Source: the human T2T-CHM13v2.0 reference genome, Homo sapiens. Taken from it: DNA of 64,000 bases. The notes beneath the pieces were generated by a model, which saw nothing but the letters and a program-made list of their open reading frames with translations, did not search any database and was not told the origin of the DNA. Location of the stretch: NCBI RefSeq assembly GCF_009914755.1, contig NC_060925.1; one strand, 5' to 3'. The translations under genes and the position numbers were made by a program. Below, piece by piece: positions 56,489-64,000 of the stretch; within the stretch, counting starts at the first letter, position 1; the number at the start of each line of letters is the position of its first letter.

Positions 56489-57521
56489 AGAAATTGTTAA
56501 TTTTCTTAGTGTGATAAAGATATTGTGGTTACAGAGAACATCCTTATTAGGAGATGCATACATGGTTTAAGAGTTAAGAGTTGCAATGTCTGTGACTAGC
56601 TTTCAAATGGTTTAACAAAATCAATCTATATTGAGAAAGATAATTGTGACAAAATGTTAATTCCTGGTGAATTTTGGTAAAGGTTCTATGCATGGTCACC
56701 AAACATTTCTTTCAGCTTTTCTATGGGTTTGAAATTTTTACAAGTTAAAAGTAAAATAAATAATAGAGATCCTTTGACCATAATTTAAACTGAATTAGCA
56801 TTGTCAGGATTAGAGCTCAAGAACCTTTATTTTTCACAAGGTCATCCAGATGATTCTAACACACATCTAGAGAATCGCTGGTCTTTGGTTTCTGCTACCT
56901 CCTGTAGTCAGAGAAAAGTGAGAGGAAGAAATGTTGTAATTCTCTCAGTAGAATTAGCTCACCTGGTGGCCAAGAGTCTTTCCCTGATGGTTCCACAAGC
57001 CAATTATCTCAGACACGGTCCGAATGGCCTCGGAGTCTTAAGACTGGATTTCCTATGGAGGAATCAAAGTACTAATCCTCCTTTGGGGGCCTTGGCTGCT
57101 GTAAGAAACCAATACTTGACCTTCCCAGGAATAGAAGCTTCAGGGCACTGAAAGAGCTAAAAGGACTGGAGTGGAGGCAAGCCAAGGTGCTGTCTGAATG
57201 GTAAGAGGAAACCTACCAGGTGAAGGATCTAGTGTTTTGCCAAGAAATTCAATTTAATACCAAACAGGGGATTTACCTGGGCAGAACAGGCAATTTGTTA
57301 ATATTTAGTGACTGTTACACACCTGAGTTGGATGTCATTACTAACAACCCCTGCCATAGGCTTATGCACTGCACCCCCTGCCCCCAAAAGCAGACAATTG
57401 GTTTAATGTCTATTCTAAGAAACCTGAGGAAAATGAAGCCAGACTGATTATGGGACAATTTAAATAAATACAAGAAACTGAAGAGCAGAAAAAGGTCTCC
57501 ATACAGCTACTGTGAATTACT

Positions 57522-57527
57522 TTTATT
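57522..57527 (-). terminator. TMEM81: TMEM81 poly(A) signal AATAAA
   Basis: tttatt on + strand about 400 nt past the stop; U-rich upstream sequence. Confidence 0.7.
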
Positions 57528-57931
57528 GAAAAAAAATGTTCACTAAAAAGGCTGAATACATCCCTCTACATGAATACACAGCTCAGAAGAGGGGAAATGG
57601 AGGTGGGGAGGCATCCAAGTCATAAAGGGTAGAAAATGAATGCAAGCTTCTTAGAACTCTTCCCAGGAACACAGGCAATGCTTGCAGTTTCCTGGGTACC
57701 CAATGGGCAGGGAAGATCAGGAAGAGATCCATGGGACATAAGGAAGTTAGGTTACTGCGCATAGCTCCCAGGAGATTGTCCCCTCCATTTCTCCCACTCA
57801 TTCTTTTGGCTGTGGGAGTGTTCCCTCTAAGCTGATCCACTACCAGCAGCTGGAACACTCCCCTAAAAAGCTAGCTTGGCTTCCTGGGCAGCCAGTTCTT
57901 CAGGAGCAAGGCTGTTAAGTTCTTGAAGCTG

Positions 57932-58699
57932 TCACTGCTGCAGGCCCCCCCTTAGCGCACAGAGGACAATCCTCACCAACACGCCACCAACCACTCCAAT
58001 GGCAATTCCTATTCCCAAGGCTGACGCCACCTTCTTTTTCCACTTTGGGTGGTGAGGCTTGGAGTAGCTGTCCAGATTAACTTCCAATCCCTCATCTATT
58101 AACTTCTGATCCTCAGTAAGTGACTGATGGAAATTCAGATTCACCAAGTTAGGAGGAAGGACCCTCAACCCAAAATAGAGCCTCTTGACAAGTCTCAAGT
58201 TTTTTACCAGCTGCACATCACAGCGATATGTCCCAGAGTCATACTCCTGAGCATATTTAAACTTCACAAAGTGGGAGTTGGCTTGAAAGGGTTTGAAGAC
58301 CTCATCGTCAGTGGAGATGACACCTCGAGCAAGTCTCCAGGTGAACCGGAAAGCTTCCTGTCCAAACTCCAAGATGTCTGAACTCAGACAGCTAAGCTCA
58401 AATTCCTTGCCAATGAGAATGGTGAAATGGAGCATCCCACAGATCCAGTTGGTCAGACATTCTAAGCGCTGAGTCTGACATTTCCTTCTCACTCCATCAG
58501 GGCCCACCTCACAGACGGTCTCCTCCTTATAGCCAAGGCCACAGGTGACAGTACAGGTTGTGGCATTGATGATAACTTTCCCCACAGCTTCTTGCAGCTT
58601 CTCAGGGATGGCCAGTGTTTTAGGTGTAGTCACCACCAAAGGCAGGTAGAAGGCCAACCCCAGGCTCCCAAGGACAAAACTAGTGGCTAAAACCTTCAT
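57932..58699 (-). CDS. TMEM81: Transmembrane protein 81, 255 aa; signal peptide, Ig-like domain, C-terminal TM helix; sperm fertilisation factor partnering IZUMO1/SPACA6
   Basis: Uninterrupted [14 protein letters not shown]...RGGLQQ*, Ig motif [28 protein letters not shown]; sequence and position between CNTN2 and RBBP5 recognised. Confidence 0.96.
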   Translation of the reverse strand: MKVLATSFVLGSLGLAFYLPLVVTTPKTLAIPEKLQEAVGKVIINATTCTVTCGLGYKEETVCEVGPDGVRRKCQTQRLECLTNWICGMLHFTILIGKEFELSCLSSDILEFGQEAFRFTWRLARGVISTDDEVFKPFQANSHFVKFKYAQEYDSGTYRCDVQLVKNLRLVKRLYFGLRVLPPNLVNLNFHQSLTEDQKLIDEGLEVNLDSYSKPHHPKWKKKVASALGIGIAIGVVGGVLVRIVLCALRGGLQQ

Positions 58700-58973
58700 G
58701 TCTCGGTAGGCGTTTTGCCACCCTCAGCCAGCACCCACAAGGTATTCCAGCTGAATCCTCTATAAATCATAACTTGATTCCTTTGACATGAGATATCCTT
58801 CAAAGTCAAAAGATATGATGCATGTATTGTCAATAAAACAACACAACTTAATAAATAAAAGTCCAGTCCTTATAAACAGGTGAGGCCACAAGGCAGGAAA
58901 AAAATCACAATGGTGTTGCTTTACTAACTATCGTTGTTAATAAAATAACCACCTTACCTACTAGTCTTCACGC

Positions 58974-59282
58974 TTTTTTTTTTTTTTTTTTTTTTTTTTG
59001 AGGCAGGGCCTCACTCTGTCAACCCAGGCTGGAGTGCAGTAACATGATCACAGCTCACTGCAGCCTCAACCTCCTAGGCTCAAGTGATCCTGCCACCTCA
59101 GCCTCCTAGGTAGCTGGGACTACAGGTGCAGGCTATCACACCTGGCTAATTTTTCTATTTTTTGTAGATACGGGGTTTCACCATGTTGTCGAGGCTTGTC
59201 TCCAACTCCTGGGTTCAAGCAATTCACCCACCTCAGCCCCCCAAAGTGCTGGGATTACAGGCATGAGCCACCGCGCTGGCCG
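58974..59282 (-). mobile_element. AluJ-like, just upstream of TMEM81
   Basis: Long poly-T plus reverse-complement dimer. Confidence 0.92.
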
Positions 59283-60539
59283 TTTTCGTGTTCTCTTAAT
59301 GACTTTAAATCCACCTCTTGGGAAGACAAAGAAGAAAAGACTTCAGAAACTGAAGTAAATTTCCAGATTGCCTCAAATGCATAGTGAAGTTACACTCTTC
59401 CTCACCCTTCCCCTTCCCCTCTATAAACTAGGATCTAAATTAAGGGTTTCAAAAGCCCCAGTTAAATGTCACCAAATAAAACAAATACTAAAGTCTAAAA
59501 AAAGGAAGATTAACTTGAATTATTTTAATGTTCCTAAACTTCCTATAAAAAGGATTAAGAACTCTGGACTAGGAGGCAAGTAACTTACCCTTCCTGAATT
59601 TCTGTTTCCTCCTTTGTAACTTAAGACCTCCTTGCCTATCTGAGGAAGGTCACTTAGAGCATTGAATGATATACTGTATGTGAGAACACTTTGTAAAGTG
59701 TGAAACACTGTTCAATGTGTAAGGAATTTTAAATAGAAATGGAAATTCATAAAGACAAGGGCCAAGATGACCTTTTCAAATCAGAATGTTTAAGGTTGTG
59801 TTAAAGGCAGCTCCTCTCCCCCTTTTAGGCACTCTTCCTTCCCAAGGATACTGAAGATATATTTTGAGTGAGAGGATGCATGATGCTCCCTGACTCTTGG
59901 CCTACTCCCTTTATCCTACAGAATAGAGCTCATTATTCACGTAGGTCAAGGTTGCTATGAAACAGCTATGATGTCAAAGATGGAGTTCTCAATCACATAA
60001 GATTAATAAGTAGACCCTCAAATTTGACATTAAAATCAAAGACTTACATAGACTTTGTGAAACATCTTATCTTTAGGAGACAACGAGCATTTAATAAATT
60101 TTAAAGCTGCTTCATTCAAAAAAAAAAAAAAAAGGCTCATAAGAATTCAACCGTACTTACTTAGACTTGAAGAAAGGTCCTTGGAAGACAGGAACTTCCT
60201 AGCATGCATTTTTGTAACCTCCAGAATGCCTAGCCCTACGGCCTCTTCAGAGTAATTGCAAAACTATATTGAGTTAAATAATTGGAAGACAGATCATTCC
60301 TAGATGATCTTTTTGATCAACAACTTTTCCACTTGCATCATTTATTTACAATCTCATCTAGAGGCAGAAATCTAGACTACCTGTCCACTCCCTACCCCTT
60401 CCAGATCTATCTTTCCACACCGAAAGATCTAGTATCAACACAGGAAATCACACTTTCCTTTGTACTAAAGCAAAGTGGCCAGAGAGTTCCAGAAGTGAGC
60501 AGTGTTTACAAATAAACATCTACACCTGTTCTTTAATAA

Positions 60540-61022
<483 letters not shown>

Positions 61023-61584
61023 TGAAATGGATAGAAGGTTTTTTAAAAGTTGAAAAAAAAATTCCAAAAACATAAATAATTATTAGGAGCTACTGCCAGA
61101 GACAATCTGACAGGGCTGAAGATGATTTTCTCAGTAGCCAGTTTAGGAGGTGGACATAGCACAAACATCCAAATGCACAGGCAGAGGAAACCAAGCTACT
61201 TCACACATGGAAAGATGGCAGAAACCCTCTAAGTCCCATAGTTTGCACACTGCTGCAGTGTACAGTGCAGAGGACTGGAATGGATATAATGTCTGCAAAA
61301 CAAAAACATGTCTAGTGAGCCATCTACTAATCTCAACCACTGGTCTAACTCATGACAGTCTCAAAATGAATATTTAAGAAAAAAGTAGTGGCATCTAAAA
61401 ATATAGACGTTTTGCAACTGACTCAGGGAGAGCTCTTTCTTCAACTACTGAATATACTGGTTTTAAATGATGGAGTGAGACAAAGAGGCTCTTGCTGACG
61501 TGCTCTACTTTGATTTCTATCCTAAAATCTAACAGGTAATCAATGTGTTTGGCTACCTATAGGAGCATCCACCAACTGATATCA

Positions 61585-61880
<296 letters not shown>

Positions 61881-63173
61881 CACCAACTGATATATTTCAC
61901 AGTAAGCACAGTATTTAAATTCTCCTTTTAAAATATTGAAAAAAAAAAAAAAAAAAAAAAGACGATCCAGATTAAGCACTTCCAGTCAGCTAAAAACGCC
62001 ACTCAGAGAAGCTACTGAGCCCTTTTCACACCTGGTTTCCTAATGGGATTTTCAGAGAATTTCAAACACCAAATGTACACATCTATCCAATCTGTTATTT
62101 TTATATAAAGAACAACAAATGTCAAAAAAAAAGCTAAGCAACCTTTCACAGAAAGGAAGTGACTGAAAACACAGTAAGAAAAAGGAGCACAGGTATAGGC
62201 AGGGAAAAATGCAATGACTGATGAGGATAGATTTCCACAGGCAGTGATACAAAAAATTCACCTTGATCTTTGATTTGAACTATGTGGTTGCTGCTTTGAT
62301 TCTGGATGGTTTTACTTTACTCCTTGCATAGATTCCCCCACCCCAGTAAAAAAGTAGCTTGTTGAGAGACACCTGGGTTTGTTTCCATCTCTGGAAGCCA
62401 GCACAGGTAAAGCAATATAAACTATTGATGATTCTTTGCTGGAGATGGATAAAACTAGCTATCTTCAAAAACCATGATTGATGACAATGAACCAATATTG
62501 GAGGGAAACATGCAATGAGAGGAAAACAAGGGAAAACCCTGAATTGTTACAGCCCAGCTTCTTGAGCAAAACGTGGTATGAGAGGAAGAGAGGGCCTTCG
62601 TTGTTCCCTTTCTGAAAATTTGAAATCTTTCAAGCACTTTCTTTTCTGCCCATCCTTTGCACACAATATGGAAATATAGGAGGTATCTGGGGAGAGGAGA
62701 AGTTTAAAATGAGAGTATCCAACAAAAGCTTTCCTAGGATACCAGTAGCAAAATTTCAGATAAGAAGTCACTCAAAGACATGCATTGAGGACCGAAGGCA
62801 AATGGGAGATAGGAAATGACATGTCAAAATGACGCTGGGTACAATGAAGTTAGATGAGCAAAACATAAGTATCTTTTCTCCAGCAACATAACTAAGCATC
62901 AAAGTTTAAATGAGTCAAAATTCCTATCTGATGTCTTCACAAATCTTCATTCCTGAGAGTCTATTTGGACTTATGCTTGAAAGGGAAGGGAAGGTCGTAT
63001 ACTCTTCTTCCATAATTCACTTCTTCATTTAAACATAAAATTCACCCTCCCACCTCCTGGGTGGGAGGCACAGGCCTTTGTTTTAAATTAAAGTCAATTT
63101 TCAAATGACTGACCACAGTGTCCAGAGGCCACATGATGGCAAAGTGAGAAAGAATGAAGAACTTCGAAGGTCT

Positions 63174-63202
63174 TCATAACAGTTCTGAGATTGCTCCTCC
63201 TG
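63174..63202 (-). CDS. RBBP5: RBBP5 terminal coding exon: (A)GGAISELL*
   Basis: Minus strand ctctttag|CA GGA GGA GCA ATC TCA GAA CTG TTA TGA matches the RBBP5 C-terminus as I recall it; the rest of the gene lies beyond the window. Confidence 0.88.
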
Positions 63203-64000
63203 CTAAAGAGATTAGACACAAAAAGATTTCTTTTAGCTTCAATTTAGACCAGTTACTTGTAAGAACAGAAATACTGAATGCTGGATGATGCATTACAAGC
63301 ACACGTGGACCAAGAAATTCCCCTTTTTAAGAAAATACATAACCAACTCCAACTCCCAATTACTCTTTATTGAACAAAAAACAATCCAAATCCAAACCCC
63401 CCACCCCAATACTTTCCTCAGTACTGTCCCAAAGGGTTGGGGGAAAAGCAAAATGATCAGAGTTCTATTTTTTCTAAGCTGCTAACCATGCTCTAAGGTG
63501 CTAACAAATAATGTTTAACATTCCAAAAAGTGCAATGAGGAGAGGAGAAGAAATTTTAGGGTACCACACCTTTCAACCCTTCATATATTTTAAAGATTGA
63601 TTAGTCACTAAATGATTAACAAGTGAGCAAGAAACCCTTTTCCCAGCACCACAGTTCCTTAAGTGACATACTTATCACCTTAGAATCCCAAATATGGTGA
63701 AATGTTCGTGAGAGCTACTGTCTACATTGCTATACACCAACAATGATCGATAAATAATATCCTGAATAGTACAATGAAATGAACACTTCCCTGATTATTC
63801 CATAGAAGCTGCTCAACCTCTGAGAGACATCGTTAAATGAGCTGCTGTGAAATATTAACTAGGAAGTGTAAAAAGAGAAGAAGGTGAAGAAAATCCTCCC
63901 AGGTGTCATTTGGAATGGCAGAGAGCATGCCACTTGAAGGTATAATGGTTAAAAAATAATCGCCCAAACTATGAAAGAAAAGTACCCATTTATATAACTT

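Overview
Primate genomic DNA, almost certainly human chr1q32.1, recognised from the encoded proteins and the Alu content. Bases 1-17 kb are repeat-rich intergenic sequence. The + strand carries the complete CNTN2 gene (contactin-2/TAG-1): a CpG-island promoter, a non-coding exon 1 ending at 17762, and 22 coding exons (27544-48135). All introns are GT-AG; the coding exons sum to 3123 nt (1040 aa + stop) and encode a signal peptide, 6 Ig domains, 4 FNIII domains and a GPI signal. The 3'UTR runs about 4.5 kb with several poly(A) signals. On the - strand lie the single-exon TMEM81 ORF (57932-58699) and the last exon and 3'UTR of RBBP5 (63202 to ~60530). No tRNA, rRNA or CRISPR array is present. 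The most notable unexplained structures are: (1) a CpG-rich, stop-free, frame-preserving exon-like segment inside CNTN2 intron 17 that encodes a polybasic RCRRRR stretch; (2) two further weak-donor CNTN2 introns (11 and 22) whose retention stays in frame, one of which would remove the GPI anchor; (3) a two-piece templated insertion at 8802-9163 copied from 11417-11918; (4) two Alus inserted tail-to-tail into the same target site; (5) a near-consensus REST/RE1 site in intron 1; (6) a thrombospondin-like CTVTCG motif in TMEM81. All findings are sequence-based hypotheses; none was checked against databases, and repeat family names are by-eye assignments.
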